Assembly (NCBI GenBank): GCA_945883335.1 | Contig: CAMCXI010000002.1 | Location: 193,658-257,657, forward strand | Direction of reading: 5' to 3' | DNA: 64,000 nucleotides | Source of the DNA: Candidatus Methylopumilus universalis | Lineage (GTDB): Bacteria > Pseudomonadota > Gammaproteobacteria > Burkholderiales > Methylophilaceae | Part shown: positions 22,702 through 33,905 of the stretch, in pieces | How the letters are laid out: the number at the start of each line of letters is the position of its first letter | Position numbering within the stretch: position 1 is the stretch's first letter | The notes under the pieces: generated by a model | Database searches by the model: none | Seen by the model: only the letters and a program-made list of their open reading frames with translations | Told to the model about the DNA's origin: nothing | Made by a program: the position numbers and the translations under genes

Positions 22702-23856
22702 TTACGCAGAAACCAGTTGCCATTGCCCTGCTTGGTTAACTAATTTTCTATCGCAATTGAGCTCTGCAATATGCGCATCATGGCCTGGCAACTCTTGAAC
22801 CACCTTTTCACCAGATGCTCTTAATGAATTAATTTTATTGATTAAAGACGCTTCATTCCCGTAAGGCGCCAAAATAGCTTTTTTCACTTTTAATGCTGGC
22901 AGTGCTTTTACCAATCCTCGCAAATCTAAGCTAAAGCCGGTCGCTGCTCGAGCACGACCAAAGGCCTGCCCTACCTCATCATATCGACCACCAAACGCTA
23001 ATGGGCCTGAGCAACCTTGTGCATAAGCCGCGAAAACCATGCCACTATGATAGTGATAGCCACGGAGCTCGGCCAAATCAAAACTTAAACCAACACCTAA
23101 ATCGGCTAAATCTTTAGCGACTTGCGTTAAATCGTTTAAAGCACTCGTAATTTCTGGTGTTTTTGGTAAATCCTTAGCGGCAACAGTCAAAATACTCGCA
23201 TCGCCGTTTAGCTCGGTCAAACGGCACAAAGCTTGACGCGTTTCCGCATCAAAATCTCGAGTAAGCGATTTTACTTCTGTTTGATCTTTGCTTTGTAGTG
23301 CTTGGTAAATAGACTGTTTAAGTACATCAATTGCCTGGACTTTACTCATTAAGCTATCAAAGATACCCACATGACTAAAATCTATTTGCAAGGCATTAAC
23401 ACCAGCAGCTTGGAGCGTTTTAACCATCAAACGCTGAATCTCAATATCAGCTTCTATACCAGCATGTCCAAACAGCTCAGCCCCTAGCTGCATCGGCTGA
23501 CGCGTCTGTGCTAATCCATCAGGGCTAGCTCTTAATACACTTCCTGCGTAACAAAGACGTGTGACACCTTGATTATTCAACATGTGTGCATCAATACGGG
23601 CTGCTTGTGGCGTAATATCCGCACGCACCCCCATTAAACGACCTGTAAGCTGATCTACCACTTTAAACGTCGCCAAATCTAAATCATGGCCAACGCCAGT
23701 AATGAGGGACTCTAAATATTCTAACAAAGGTGGCATGACCAATTGAAAGCCATGCACGTCTAATAGATCTAATAACGATCTACGCAAAGACTCAATTTGC
23801 GCTGCTTCAGAAGGAAGCACGTCTTCAATATACTCAGGAAGTAACCAATTACGCAT
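22702..23856 (-). CDS. hisZ: ATP phosphoribosyltransferase regulatory subunit
   Basis: 384 aa HisRS-like paralogue lacking an anticodon-binding domain. Located in the hflC-hisZ-purA order typical of beta/gamma-proteobacteria. Confidence 0.9.
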   Translation of the reverse strand: MRNWLLPEYIEDVLPSEAAQIESLRRSLLDLLDVHGFQLVMPPLLEYLESLITGVGHDLDLATFKVVDQLTGRLMGVRADITPQAARIDAHMLNNQGVTRLCYAGSVLRASPDGLAQTRQPMQLGAELFGHAGIEADIEIQRLMVKTLQAAGVNALQIDFSHVGIFDSLMSKVQAIDVLKQSIYQALQSKDQTEVKSLTRDFDAETRQALCRLTELNGDASILTVAAKDLPKTPEITSALNDLTQVAKDLADLGVGLSFDLAELRGYHYHSGMVFAAYAQGCSGPLAFGGRYDEVGQAFGRARAATGFSLDLRGLVKALPALKVKKAILAPYGNEASLINKINSLRASGEKVVQELPGHDAHIAELNCDRKLVNQAGQWQLVSA

Positions 23857-23871
23857 AAATACTCAAATCAA

Positions 23872-24756
23872 TTATTTTTTAGCGCCAGAATTGCGCATGT
23901 ATTTCAAAAAGTCCGAGCTAGGCTCAAGCACCATGACATCACTCTTACTCTTAAAGCTGTTACGGTAAGCCTCTAGACTGCGATAAAACGCATAAAACTC
24001 AGGGCTTTTACCATAAGCCGCTGAATAAATAGCCGAGGCTTTAGCATCGCCTTCACCCTTAATACGTTGAGCATCCTTAAAGGCTTCAGCAACAATGACT
24101 TCACGCTGCCTGTCCGCGTCGGCGCGGATTTTTTCAGCTGCAGCTGAACCTTCTGACCGCAATTGATTGGCAACACCCTTACGTTCAGCTTCCATGCGGT
24201 CATATACTGAATTGCTAACGTTTTCAGGAAGGTCGACACGTTTTATACGAACATCCAACACCTGGATGCCGATTTGACGGGAATCACGATCAGCACGCTG
24301 ACGAAGGATTTCCATAATTTGGCTACGTTCGCCTGAAACCACATCATGAATGGTGCGTTTACCAAACTCTGCGCGAAGTCCATCATTAACTGTTTGAGAT
24401 AAACGACGCTCTGCTTGAACCTCATCACTCTTAACAGACACGTAGTATTTTTGTGGATCAATAATGCGCCATTTAACAAAAGAATCCACGAGCACATTTT
24501 TTTTCTCGCTAGTAATAAAGCGGTCAGGCTCTTCCCAGTTGAGTGTCAAAATTCGGTTATCAAAATAAACCACGTTATCAACAAAAGGTACTTTAAAGTA
24601 CAAGCCTGGCGTCTTCTCAATCGCCACTACTTCACCAAGTCGCTTAACTAATGCATATTCACGTTGATCTACAGTGAATGCTGATGCACTAATTAAGATC
24701 ACTAAAAACAAAAAAACGGAAAGTACAAGGCCTAAATTTCTCATATCAACTCTCAC
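23872..24756 (-). CDS. hflC: protease modulator HflC
   Basis: SPFH/band-7 domain with an N-terminal TM helix, immediately downstream of hflK. Confidence 0.92.
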   Translation of the reverse strand: MRVDMRNLGLVLSVFLFLVILISASAFTVDQREYALVKRLGEVVAIEKTPGLYFKVPFVDNVVYFDNRILTLNWEEPDRFITSEKKNVLVDSFVKWRIIDPQKYYVSVKSDEVQAERRLSQTVNDGLRAEFGKRTIHDVVSGERSQIMEILRQRADRDSRQIGIQVLDVRIKRVDLPENVSNSVYDRMEAERKGVANQLRSEGSAAAEKIRADADRQREVIVAEAFKDAQRIKGEGDAKASAIYSAAYGKSPEFYAFYRSLEAYRNSFKSKSDVMVLEPSSDFLKYMRNSGAKK

Positions 24757-24758
24757 TT

Positions 24759-25931
24759 TTATCTGCCATCACGTTCACGACTGCGCGAAGAATCGCGCAC
24801 TTTTGAGTCAGCATTAACATCCACAGTTGGTATGACAGGCGTTAAAGTTGGCCCTGAATTTACTGGTGGTGCGCCTGCAGCGGTGGCAGCAATCAGTTTG
24901 TCTAACGGCAAATACAGCAAGCTATTCCCATTTTTTTGGTCAACGATTACTTTGCTTACGCTAGACATAATTTGCTCTTGTGCATCGAGATACATGCGAG
25001 AGCGAGTGACTTCTGGTGCGTGTTGATATTGAGCAAAGATTTGATTGAAACGACTTGCGTTACCTTGTGCCTCGTTTTCAACCCTTAATTTATAACCATT
25101 TGCTTCTTGTAATAATCTTGAAGCTGTTCCGCGTGCCTTCGGTATGACGTCGTTTGCGTAAGCCTGACCTTCATTTTTTTGACGCTCTAAATCTTGCTTA
25201 GCTTTCACTGCATCCTCAAAAGCAGCTTGCACCTGCTCCGGGGGTTGAGCGTTTTGCATCGTGACACTAACAACGTTAATACCTGTCTTGTAACGGTCTA
25301 GCACATCTTGCATTAATTTTTTGGTATTAACAGCGACCTCGTCTCTACCTTCATACAAAGCGAAGTCCAGTTTACTTTTACCAACGACTTCTCGAATCGC
25401 GGTTTCAGCAATGCCGCGCACAGCCTCTTCAGCGCTTCTGTTATTAAATAGCGTTTCTTCAACATTCTTTAGGTTGTACTGAACCGCAAACTGTAAATCA
25501 ATAATATTTTCATCATCCGTTAACATTAAAGACTCATGTAGTTGTTTGCTACGTCCAGAGCTACCCTCTGCGGAGCGATATCCAATTTCAATGGTGCGGA
25601 CCTGCTCCATATTTACAACCGTGACAGACTCTAATGGAAATGGCATGTGCCAACGTGGACCAGGTAAGGTTGTTTCAACATGCTTACCAAATCTCAACAC
25701 AACACCTCGAGAACCTTGGTCAACGATATAAAACCCTGTAGCAACCCATACTAAAAAAATTAAACCGAAAACTGGAACGATGGCGATGCTTGTTTTGTCT
25801 TCAGGCTCACCGCTGATTTGCGGTGACTTTCCGAAAAAAGACTTTAATTTACGGCTGAACTGACGCATTACCTCATCTAAATCAGGAGGGCCTTCATTGT
25901 TTCGATTACCCCAACCAGGATCGTTTGCCAT
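24759..25931 (-). CDS. hflK: FtsH protease activity modulator HflK
   Basis: N-terminus NDPGWGNR..GPPDLDE, TM helix and SPFH domain. Confidence 0.92.
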   Translation of the reverse strand: MANDPGWGNRNNEGPPDLDEVMRQFSRKLKSFFGKSPQISGEPEDKTSIAIVPVFGLIFLVWVATGFYIVDQGSRGVVLRFGKHVETTLPGPRWHMPFPLESVTVVNMEQVRTIEIGYRSAEGSSGRSKQLHESLMLTDDENIIDLQFAVQYNLKNVEETLFNNRSAEEAVRGIAETAIREVVGKSKLDFALYEGRDEVAVNTKKLMQDVLDRYKTGINVVSVTMQNAQPPEQVQAAFEDAVKAKQDLERQKNEGQAYANDVIPKARGTASRLLQEANGYKLRVENEAQGNASRFNQIFAQYQHAPEVTRSRMYLDAQEQIMSSVSKVIVDQKNGNSLLYLPLDKLIAATAAGAPPVNSGPTLTPVIPTVDVNADSKVRDSSRSRERDGR

Positions 25932-25955
25932 TAAAAACTCCGAAAAATCAATAAA

Positions 25956-27083
25956 TTAAATATAAGCAGCTTCTGTCGTGCGATAGTCGTACAAGCGATG
26001 CTGATGTTCCGTTAATGCCTGCTCTAGATACTGCAGCCCATCTCCAGATTTAGCTGAAATTAATATTTTGCAAATTCTACCATATTCATCCCGCTCCAAG
26101 CCTGCCTCTAAGCCTGCACGATCAATTTGATTTAGCACTAAAATCTGGGGGACGTCTTGGGCCCCAATTTCACTCAACACCTTGTTAACTTCTGCAATCT
26201 GCTCATCTCGATTAGTACTTGCGGTATCTACAATATGAAGCAACAAGTCTGCCTGCACCGATTCTTCAAGCGTTGCACCAAAGGCTTCAACCAAAGCATG
26301 TGGTAAGTGCTTGATAAAGCCAACAGTGTCAGAAATGACCATAGGGCCAGCATCGGGAATATAAAGCTTGCGTGAAGTGGTATCTAGTGTCGCGAACAAC
26401 TGATTTGCGGCTAACACTTTCGATTGAGTTAAGCGATTAAATAAGGTGGATTTTCCTGCGTTGGTGTAGCCAACTAATGAAACCGACATTATCTGAGAGC
26501 GTTGACGTGAACGGCGTTGCATACCACGTTGCTGTTTTAACTTTTCTAATTTTTCACGAAGCTGTTTCACGCGAACTCGCAGCATTCGTCTATCAAGCTC
26601 AAGTTGAGTTTCACCCGGGCCGCCACGAACACCAATACCACCCTTTTGACGTTCCAAATGCGTCCAGCCTCGAACTAAACGAGTGGACAGATGTTCAAGC
26701 TGAGCAAGCTCCACTTGAAGCTTACCTTCATGGCTCTTAGCGCGCTGGGCAAAAATATCAAGAATTAAACCAGTACGATCAGCAACACGGCACTCTAGCA
26801 GACGCTCTAGATTTCGTTGCTGTGATGGACTGAGATCATGATTAAATACAACCGCGCGAGATTCCGTGGCTTGGACCATATCAGCCAGCTCCTCAGCCTT
26901 ACCCGAGCCCAAATAAAGCTTGGCATCTGGCTTATCTCGCTTACCTTCAACGACACCTCGAATATTAATGCCAGCACTAATGGATAACTGCTTAAGTTCT
27001 TCTAAGCTTTCCTCATAGCCTGACTCACCAAAATCCAAACTGACCAAAATGGCATCGCTACTGCTTTCTGGCCGATCAAGCAT
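25956..27083 (-). CDS. hflX: ribosome-associated GTPase HflX
   Basis: HflX N-domain followed by G-domain motifs (GYTNAGKST, DTVGF, NQID). hfq-hflX synteny. Confidence 0.92.
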   Translation of the reverse strand: MLDRPESSSDAILVSLDFGESGYEESLEELKQLSISAGINIRGVVEGKRDKPDAKLYLGSGKAEELADMVQATESRAVVFNHDLSPSQQRNLERLLECRVADRTGLILDIFAQRAKSHEGKLQVELAQLEHLSTRLVRGWTHLERQKGGIGVRGGPGETQLELDRRMLRVRVKQLREKLEKLKQQRGMQRRSRQRSQIMSVSLVGYTNAGKSTLFNRLTQSKVLAANQLFATLDTTSRKLYIPDAGPMVISDTVGFIKHLPHALVEAFGATLEESVQADLLLHIVDTASTNRDEQIAEVNKVLSEIGAQDVPQILVLNQIDRAGLEAGLERDEYGRICKILISAKSGDGLQYLEQALTEHQHRLYDYRTTEAAYI

Positions 27084-27137
27084 TTAGACACGACATCATT
27101 AACATTCTTCCATTACTTAAACATAAGCCAATCAACA

Positions 27138-27374
27138 CTATTCTTCTTCCACCCCGCTCGGGATAGTCACTGCACGACCTGGAACAATCGTAGAGATGGC
27201 ATGTTTATAAACCATTTGAGTCACAGTATTTTTTAGCAAAATCACGTATTGATCAAATGAATCGACTTGGCCCTGCAACTTAATCCCATTAACGAGATAA
27301 ATAGAGACCGGCACATGTTCCTTACGTAGTGCATTTAAAAATGGGTCTTGTAACAACTGCCCTTTAGGAGTCAT
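27138..27374 (-). CDS. hfq: RNA chaperone Hfq
   Basis: [46 protein letters not shown] is near-canonical Hfq Sm1/Sm2. Confidence 0.97.
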   Translation of the reverse strand: MTPKGQLLQDPFLNALRKEHVPVSIYLVNGIKLQGQVDSFDQYVILLKNTVTQMVYKHAISTIVPGRAVTIPSGVEEE

Positions 27375-27485
27375 GTTTTCACCTTTACTTGGTAGTGTTT
27401 AAATTAAAAACAATCGGTTGAGTCTTTTACTCTAAAATTAAGACTACAAGTATATGCCGTTCGTTCTCAATTTATTCAAAAATGT

Positions 27486-28880
27486 TTAGGCGCAAAAAAC
27501 GGACATACGCTTAAGTGTTTCTTCTTTGCCTAAAAGCTGCATCACCGCATCAACACTTGGTGATTGACCGCCGCCTGTCACCATCACGCGAAGTGGCATC
27601 GCCACATTAGGAAACTTCAATTCATTCTTAACGACTGTTTGCTCAATTACATGATGAAGCGCCTCAACTGTCCACTCAGTAACAGTCAATTCATCAAGCA
27701 TTGCTTTCATAATCGGCATAATGTCAGGGGTAAGGTGCTTCTCAGCAGCCGCTGCGTCGAGCGCAGGCTGGCTATAGAAATACTCAATACTTGCCGCTAA
27801 GTCGTTTAGGGTATTTGCCCGGTCACGATAAAGCGCAATAACACCGTTCAAGTCAGGCCCGCCATCGGTTTTAATGCCTTTAGCTAAAAGACGCTTTTGA
27901 ATATCCGCAGCCAACACATTCAAATCCGCTTGCTTTATGTAATGTGCATTAACCCAATTGAGCTTTTCAGTATTAAATTGCGCTGCTGATGGCGTAATGT
28001 GGTCCAAATCGAACCACTCGCAGAATTGTTCCATGATGAAAATTTCATCATCTCCATGAGACCAGCCCAAACGAGCAAGATAATTCAACACAGCTTCGGG
28101 CAAGTAGCCATCTTCGTCATATTGCATGACACTTACAGCGCCATGACGTTTAGATAGCTTTTGGCCATCATCGCCTAAGATCATAGATAAGTGAGCGTAC
28201 TGAGGAATGGTCGCTCCAAGCGCTTTTAGCATATTGATTTGACGAGGTGTGTTATTCACGTGGTCATCACCACGAATTACTTGGGTAATGCCCATTTCCC
28301 AGTCATCAACCACCACACAGAAGTTATAGGTTGGTGTGCCATCACCCCGAGCAATAATCAAGTCATCGAGCTCTTCGTTTGAAATAGCAATATGACCTTT
28401 AACCATATCACTCCATTCCACCAGCCCTGTTTTTGGATTTTTGAAGCGCACTACTGGTTGCACACCAGCAGGCACTTCTGGAAGCGCCTTACCTTCTTCA
28501 GGCCTCCAACGGCCATCATAGCGAGGCTTTGCGCCCTCTTGCATCTGACATTCACGCAAAGCATCTAATTCCTCTTTGCTTGAATAACAAAGGTAAGCAT
28601 GGCCTTCAGCCAACATTTTTTGGATGATTTCTTTGTACCTATCCATGCGCTGCATTTGATAGAAGGGACCTTCATCCCAATCAAGGCCAAGCCAGCTCAT
28701 GCCATCTAGAATCGCTTCTACTGCCTCAGGCGTTGAACGCGCCACATCGGTATCTTCGATGCGGAGAATGAACTGACCTTTGTGTTTGCGGGCGTAAGCC
28801 CAAGAGAATAAAGCGGTACGTGCGCCGCCAATATGTAAAAAACCGGTAGGACTTGGAGCGAATCGTGTGCGAACAGTCAT
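27486..28880 (-). CDS. gltX: glutamate--tRNA ligase
   Basis: [21 protein letters not shown] (HIGH) and KLSKRHG (KMSKS) motifs. Confidence 0.95.
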   Translation of the reverse strand: MTVRTRFAPSPTGFLHIGGARTALFSWAYARKHKGQFILRIEDTDVARSTPEAVEAILDGMSWLGLDWDEGPFYQMQRMDRYKEIIQKMLAEGHAYLCYSSKEELDALRECQMQEGAKPRYDGRWRPEEGKALPEVPAGVQPVVRFKNPKTGLVEWSDMVKGHIAISNEELDDLIIARGDGTPTYNFCVVVDDWEMGITQVIRGDDHVNNTPRQINMLKALGATIPQYAHLSMILGDDGQKLSKRHGAVSVMQYDEDGYLPEAVLNYLARLGWSHGDDEIFIMEQFCEWFDLDHITPSAAQFNTEKLNWVNAHYIKQADLNVLAADIQKRLLAKGIKTDGGPDLNGVIALYRDRANTLNDLAASIEYFYSQPALDAAAAEKHLTPDIMPIMKAMLDELTVTEWTVEALHHVIEQTVVKNELKFPNVAMPLRVMVTGGGQSPSVDAVMQLLGKEETLKRMSVFCA

Positions 28881-29046
28881 TATTTTAATTATCTTTGCTT
28901 AAATTCAATGATTAGATTTATTCTAGATTTTATCATGCCCTCCTTGGAGGATGAAGCAAAGACAGGTTGTTTGACCAAAAAAGTCTAGCCGGAATTTAAC
29001 TACTCATGATTTAATCTGTGTTCATTTAAATCAGATTAAGAATAAT

Positions 29047-29316
29047 ATGCCTCAAGACATAAGCAACATCCTTGGTTATAGTGCTGCTTTCCTCACAACC
29101 ATTGCTTTTGCCCCTCAAGCTTACCAATCTTGGAAAACGCGCAACCTTGAAGGCATCTCATTGCCGATGTATAGCCTTTTCACCGCAGGTGTTGCCCTTT
29201 GGTTCTTTTATGGATTAATGATCCATAGCATGCCTGTGATTATGGCCAACGCTATTACGTTAATGCTTTCAGCCATCGTACTTACATTAAAAATTCAGCA
29301 AGTCCTCAAAAAGTAA
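29047..29316 (+). CDS. SemiSWEET / PQ-loop (MtN3-like) three-helix transporter
   Basis: 89 aa with three predicted TM helices and a PQ motif in helix 1 (FAPQAYQSWKTRN). Substrate unknown. Confidence 0.75.
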   Translation: MPQDISNILGYSAAFLTTIAFAPQAYQSWKTRNLEGISLPMYSLFTAGVALWFFYGLMIHSMPVIMANAITLMLSAIVLTLKIQQVLKK

Positions 29317-30735
29317 CTATTTGACTGATACGGCAACCCAGCCGCCGCCAAGAGCTTTAAACAACTCTACCGTTGAAGTCAGCCTTGCTTGGCGACTTTG
29401 CACGTAAGCCAAGGATGAGTCATTAAACACGCGCTGCGCATCTAGCACTTCTAAATAACCCGTATAACCTGATTTATACCGATTATTTGCAATCTCTAAT
29501 GCCTTGCTGGCAGATGCTTGGCTTCCATAAAGCGCCGCTTCTCGCTCTGTGTTTTGGCGCACATTGACTAAAGCATCATTCACTTCAGTAAATGCATTTT
29601 GCACAGCGCGCTCATAACTCGCTAGCAATTGCTTTTGCGCTGCTGTAGCTTGATCCACCTTTGAACTTAAACGGCCAGAATCAAACACCGGAAGATTTAA
29701 ACTCAGTCCACCATTCCAAATTCTAGCGGCAGATTTCAATACGTCGCCTAAATCTTTACTTTCACCACCCAAACCAGCTGTAAGCGAAATTGTAGGGAAT
29801 AAAGCAGCTTTCGCAATGCCGATTTTTGCATTAGCGGCAATTAAGTTCTGCTCGGCTTGGCGCACATCAGGACGCGCTTCCAATAATGTTGATGGCAAGC
29901 CAACAGGTGGCACAGGTGGAATAGGTAAAGACTGCATATCCTTTGCCGCAATTTTCAAGTCTAAATCACCTGTGAGCACGGCTAGTTGATGCTCAATAAT
30001 AACGCGTTGACGAGTTAAATCAGCCAGCTGTGCTTTTAGGTTGTTGTAAGCCACTTCAGCCTGATGAACATCTAGCGCTGAAGACATACCCCCTTCAAGG
30101 CGACGCTGAGTTAATGCAAGGCTGTCTTCATGACTTGTCATACTCGCTTTAGAGAGCTCAATTTGCGCCTCTAAACTGCGAAGTAACAAGTAATCACCTG
30201 TTACCAAACTTTTAAGCGATAAATCAACCGTGTCTTTAGCAAATCTTGAGGCCAAAGCTTGGGCTTTCGCCGATTCTTGCGCTCGGCGCAATTTCCCCCA
30301 AAAATCCAATTCAAACGTCGTGCCTAGTCTCACATTATAATTACTTCTTGTAGGACTCATGCCGTTAAACATAGGTACTGCACCCAACTCCGTCACCCTG
30401 AAACGATTTGCGCTTGAATCAAGATTCACTTGGGGAAATAAGGCTGCACCCACTTCACGCATATAGCCATCAGCCTCTTCAATACGCGCCACCGCAATTT
30501 TAAGGTCAGTATTATTTTTGCTGGCTTTTGCAATCAAGTCATTGAGCACTTCATCGTTATAAAGCGTCCACCATTGATTAATCATCGCTTCTTCGGCACC
30601 AGTCACTTGTGTTTCTTGATAACTCGCCGGCAATGCTTGTTTAGGCCTAAAGTAATCAGGGCCAACCATCTGACAAGCCGCCAAGCTTAATGCTGACATG
30701 ACTAAAGACAATCTAATCAATTGTTTTAATTTCAT
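29317..30735 (-). CDS. RND efflux outer-membrane lipoprotein, NodT/OprM family
   Basis: Lipobox LSLAAC, two OEP repeats, and an overlap (ATGA type) with the upstream RND pump gene. Confidence 0.9.
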   Translation of the reverse strand: MKLKQLIRLSLVMSALSLAACQMVGPDYFRPKQALPASYQETQVTGAEEAMINQWWTLYNDEVLNDLIAKASKNNTDLKIAVARIEEADGYMREVGAALFPQVNLDSSANRFRVTELGAVPMFNGMSPTRSNYNVRLGTTFELDFWGKLRRAQESAKAQALASRFAKDTVDLSLKSLVTGDYLLLRSLEAQIELSKASMTSHEDSLALTQRRLEGGMSSALDVHQAEVAYNNLKAQLADLTRQRVIIEHQLAVLTGDLDLKIAAKDMQSLPIPPVPPVGLPSTLLEARPDVRQAEQNLIAANAKIGIAKAALFPTISLTAGLGGESKDLGDVLKSAARIWNGGLSLNLPVFDSGRLSSKVDQATAAQKQLLASYERAVQNAFTEVNDALVNVRQNTEREAALYGSQASASKALEIANNRYKSGYTGYLEVLDAQRVFNDSSLAYVQSRQARLTSTVELFKALGGGWVAVSVK

Positions 30736-33700
30736 TTGACTTCTTTCTCTTGCGATTCATGATTTTCGACATGGGTTTCAACTTGACCGTGATGTCTCAC
30801 GTGCTTGCCGCTTAACCAAGTAAAGAAGAGCGGAATAAAAATAGTGGCGATGAAGGTGGCTAATATCATACCGCCAAATACTCCCGTGCCCATTGAACGT
30901 CTTGCTGCCGCACCAGCACCAGTAGCAACAACCAATGGCAAGATGCCTAGCACAAAAGCCATCGAAGTCATTACAATCGGCCTGAATCGCAATCTGGCTG
31001 CTTCAAGCGCAGCTTGGGCAACTGGCATCCCCTCTTCCATTTTTTGCTCGGCAAATTCCACAATCAGAATCGCATTTTTTGCAGCCAATCCAATCAAGGT
31101 AATTAAACCAATTTGGAAGTAAATGTCATTTGGCATACCGCGAAGTAGAACAGCCAACAAAGCCCCCGCCAGCGCAAATGGTACCGCCATAATCACAGCC
31201 AATGGCAATGCCCAAGTTTCAAATTGTGCTGCCAAAATCAAAAACACCATAATAATAGCGAAGCCGAAAGCAAATAATGCAGCAGAGCCTGTGCGCTGCT
31301 CTTGGTAAGCTTGGCCTGTCCAGGCGATTTTGTAGCCATCAGGTAAGTTTTCTTTAGCAATACGTTCAACTGTTTTAATTGCATCGCCAGAGCTCACGCC
31401 TGGTGCGCCGCTGCCAAAGACTTTGGCAGAGAGTAAACCGTTGTAACGCTCTAATTGCTCTGCACCAACAATGTTGCTGACCTTGCTCAATGCGGAAAGT
31501 GGAATCATGTTGCCGCTAGGATTAGTAACAGTTGATTGACTACGCACATAAACCTTGCCTAAGTCCTCTGGGTTCATGCGAAACTCAGGCTCGGCTTGCA
31601 ATTGCACACGGTATGTACGGCCATTGCGGTTAAAGTCGTTCACATAGAAAGCGCCCATCGTGCTTTGTAAAGTCGCATAAATATCTGCTATACGGACACC
31701 TTGTGAAAGTGCTTTTGCCTCATCCACCTCAATTAAAAGCTGTGGCACTGTCGGGCGGAAAAATGAATTTAAGCCTGTTAATGTTGGCTCAGCACGCATG
31801 GCATCAATAAAGCCGTTCATGACCGCTGCAAGCTTAATTGGGTCTGTGTCTCGTTGACTTTGCACATACACTTCAAACCCGCCAGCAGAGCCTAAACCGC
31901 GTATCGCAGGGGGATTAACGGCTATCGCCAAGCCATCTGGCTGACTCATGCCAATTCCGAACAATTTCCCCACAATATCAGTCGCGCTAGTATCGCGCTC
32001 TTTCCAATCCTTGAGACGAACAAACATGGTGGCAGAGTTAGTTTTATTTGCACCTGTGAGCAATTCAAAACCATTCACCGCAAACTCATGTGCCACTGCT
32101 GGATCGTGTGCTATCGCAGACCTAATCGCTTCTGTGGTTTTGGATGTGCGGTTCAATGTTGCCCCGTCAGGCATGATAACAATAGTCACCACATAGCCTT
32201 GATCTTCAGCAGGCACAAAGCTACCCGGCACTACTCTAAACAACACAGCGACGATTGCCACAATCAAAGCGAACACTAATCCACCAACCAATTTATGTTT
32301 GAGCGTTTTGCTTACAGTGCCAGTATAGAAATTAGTCATGTGACCAAAGCCATGATTAAATTTTATAAAGAATGCATTTTTAGTATTAGATTTCTTTAAA
32401 ATCATGGCGCAAAGTGCTGGTGTAAGTGTCAGCGCAACAATGCCTGAAATCACCACGGCAATCGCTACTGTTACCGCAAATTGTCTATATAACTCTCCTG
32501 CAATACCGCCTTGGAATGCAACTGGCACAAACACGGCGCAAAGCACGAGCACAATCGCAACAACGGCCGCTGACACCTGACTAATCGACTTGATAGCCGC
32601 AGGCAATGGCGCCATATTCTCCTCAGTCATCAAGCGCTCGGTATTTTCAAGCACTACAATGGCATCATCAACCACAATACCAATCGCCAAAATCATAGCG
32701 AATAAAGTCAGCAAGTTAATCGAGAAGCCGAACAGATAAAGCCCAGCGAAAGTACCGATTAAAGAGATAGGCACAGCAATGATAGGAATCAGCGTAGCGC
32801 GCCAGCTTTGCAAGAATAAAAACACTACTAACACAACCAATATCAAAGCTTCTGCAAAGGTGTGAAACACCTCGTTAATGGTCGCTTTAACAAAGTCACT
32901 TGTATCGTAAGGAATGCTATATTGCATCCCCGCTGGAAACTCAGCCTTGAGTTCTTCCATCTTTACCTTAATATTTTTGGCGGTATCAAGCGCGTTAGCG
33001 CCAGTTTGCAAGAAGATAGGAATCGCCACACCTGGGGTGCCATCAAGTGTTGAAGCCACGTTGTAATTTTGAGCACCGAGTTCAATACGTGCGACATCTT
33101 TTAGATATAGAACGCCATTTGGTCCATCAGCTTTAATGATGATATTGCCAAACTGCTCTGGGTCAATCAAACGTCCTTTTGCAGTGACGGTATAAACCAG
33201 CTGCTGAGATGATGGCGCTGGCTCCTGGCCTATCTTGCCTGCAGCATATTGATTGTTTTGCGAAGTAATCGCACTGGAGATATCTGTCGTACTAACTCCA
33301 AGCTGCGCCATGCGATCTGGACGAAGCCAAACGCGCATTGAATAATCTTGTCCGCCGAAAATAACTGCGTCCCCTACGCCTTTTACGCGCTTCATTTCGT
33401 CCATGACATTGAGCGTGGCGTAATTACTTAGAAATAGACGGTTATGGTTTTTATCTTTTGAAGTGAGCATTACCACAAGCAAAATATCATTCGATTTCTT
33501 TTGAACAATCAAACCGTTACGACGCACTTCGTCAGGCAAGCGTGGTGTTGCGATGTTAACCCGATTGCTGACGTTAAACGTTGCTTGGTCAACGTTTGTA
33601 CCAATTTCAAAAGTTGCTGTGATGACTAAAGTGCCGCTGGAGTCAGCGCTAGAGTTAAAGTAAAGCAAGTTATCAACACCACTTAACTGCTCTTCAATTG

Positions 33701-33899
33701 GCGCAGCAACGGTTTTTGATAAAGTATCGGCGCTTGCACCAGGATAAACCGCGGTAATGGTCACCGTTGGCGGCGCAATTTGTGGGTATTGTGCGATTGG
33801 CAGCTTAAATGCAGCCGCCAAGCCAGCTAGCACAATAATAATTGATAGAACCGAAGCAAAAATTGGCCGCGTAATAAAAAATCGTGTGAAGTTTTTCAT
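30732..33899 (-). CDS. RND multidrug efflux permease (HAE1, AcrB/MexB-like)
   Basis: 1055 aa with a 12-TM architecture, two large periplasmic loops and an N-terminus FFITRPIFASVLSI. Confidence 0.95.
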   Translation of the reverse strand: MKNFTRFFITRPIFASVLSIIIVLAGLAAAFKLPIAQYPQIAPPTVTITAVYPGASADTLSKTVAAPIEEQLSGVDNLLYFNSSADSSGTLVITATFEIGTNVDQATFNVSNRVNIATPRLPDEVRRNGLIVQKKSNDILLVVMLTSKDKNHNRLFLSNYATLNVMDEMKRVKGVGDAVIFGGQDYSMRVWLRPDRMAQLGVSTTDISSAITSQNNQYAAGKIGQEPAPSSQQLVYTVTAKGRLIDPEQFGNIIIKADGPNGVLYLKDVARIELGAQNYNVASTLDGTPGVAIPIFLQTGANALDTAKNIKVKMEELKAEFPAGMQYSIPYDTSDFVKATINEVFHTFAEALILVVLVVFLFLQSWRATLIPIIAVPISLIGTFAGLYLFGFSINLLTLFAMILAIGIVVDDAIVVLENTERLMTEENMAPLPAAIKSISQVSAAVVAIVLVLCAVFVPVAFQGGIAGELYRQFAVTVAIAVVISGIVALTLTPALCAMILKKSNTKNAFFIKFNHGFGHMTNFYTGTVSKTLKHKLVGGLVFALIVAIVAVLFRVVPGSFVPAEDQGYVVTIVIMPDGATLNRTSKTTEAIRSAIAHDPAVAHEFAVNGFELLTGANKTNSATMFVRLKDWKERDTSATDIVGKLFGIGMSQPDGLAIAVNPPAIRGLGSAGGFEVYVQSQRDTDPIKLAAVMNGFIDAMRAEPTLTGLNSFFRPTVPQLLIEVDEAKALSQGVRIADIYATLQSTMGAFYVNDFNRNGRTYRVQLQAEPEFRMNPEDLGKVYVRSQSTVTNPSGNMIPLSALSKVSNIVGAEQLERYNGLLSAKVFGSGAPGVSSGDAIKTVERIAKENLPDGYKIAWTGQAYQEQRTGSAALFAFGFAIIMVFLILAAQFETWALPLAVIMAVPFALAGALLAVLLRGMPNDIYFQIGLITLIGLAAKNAILIVEFAEQKMEEGMPVAQAALEAARLRFRPIVMTSMAFVLGILPLVVATGAGAAARRSMGTGVFGGMILATFIATIFIPLFFTWLSGKHVRHHGQVETHVENHESQEKEVK

Positions 33900-33905
33900 A
33901 TTTGA

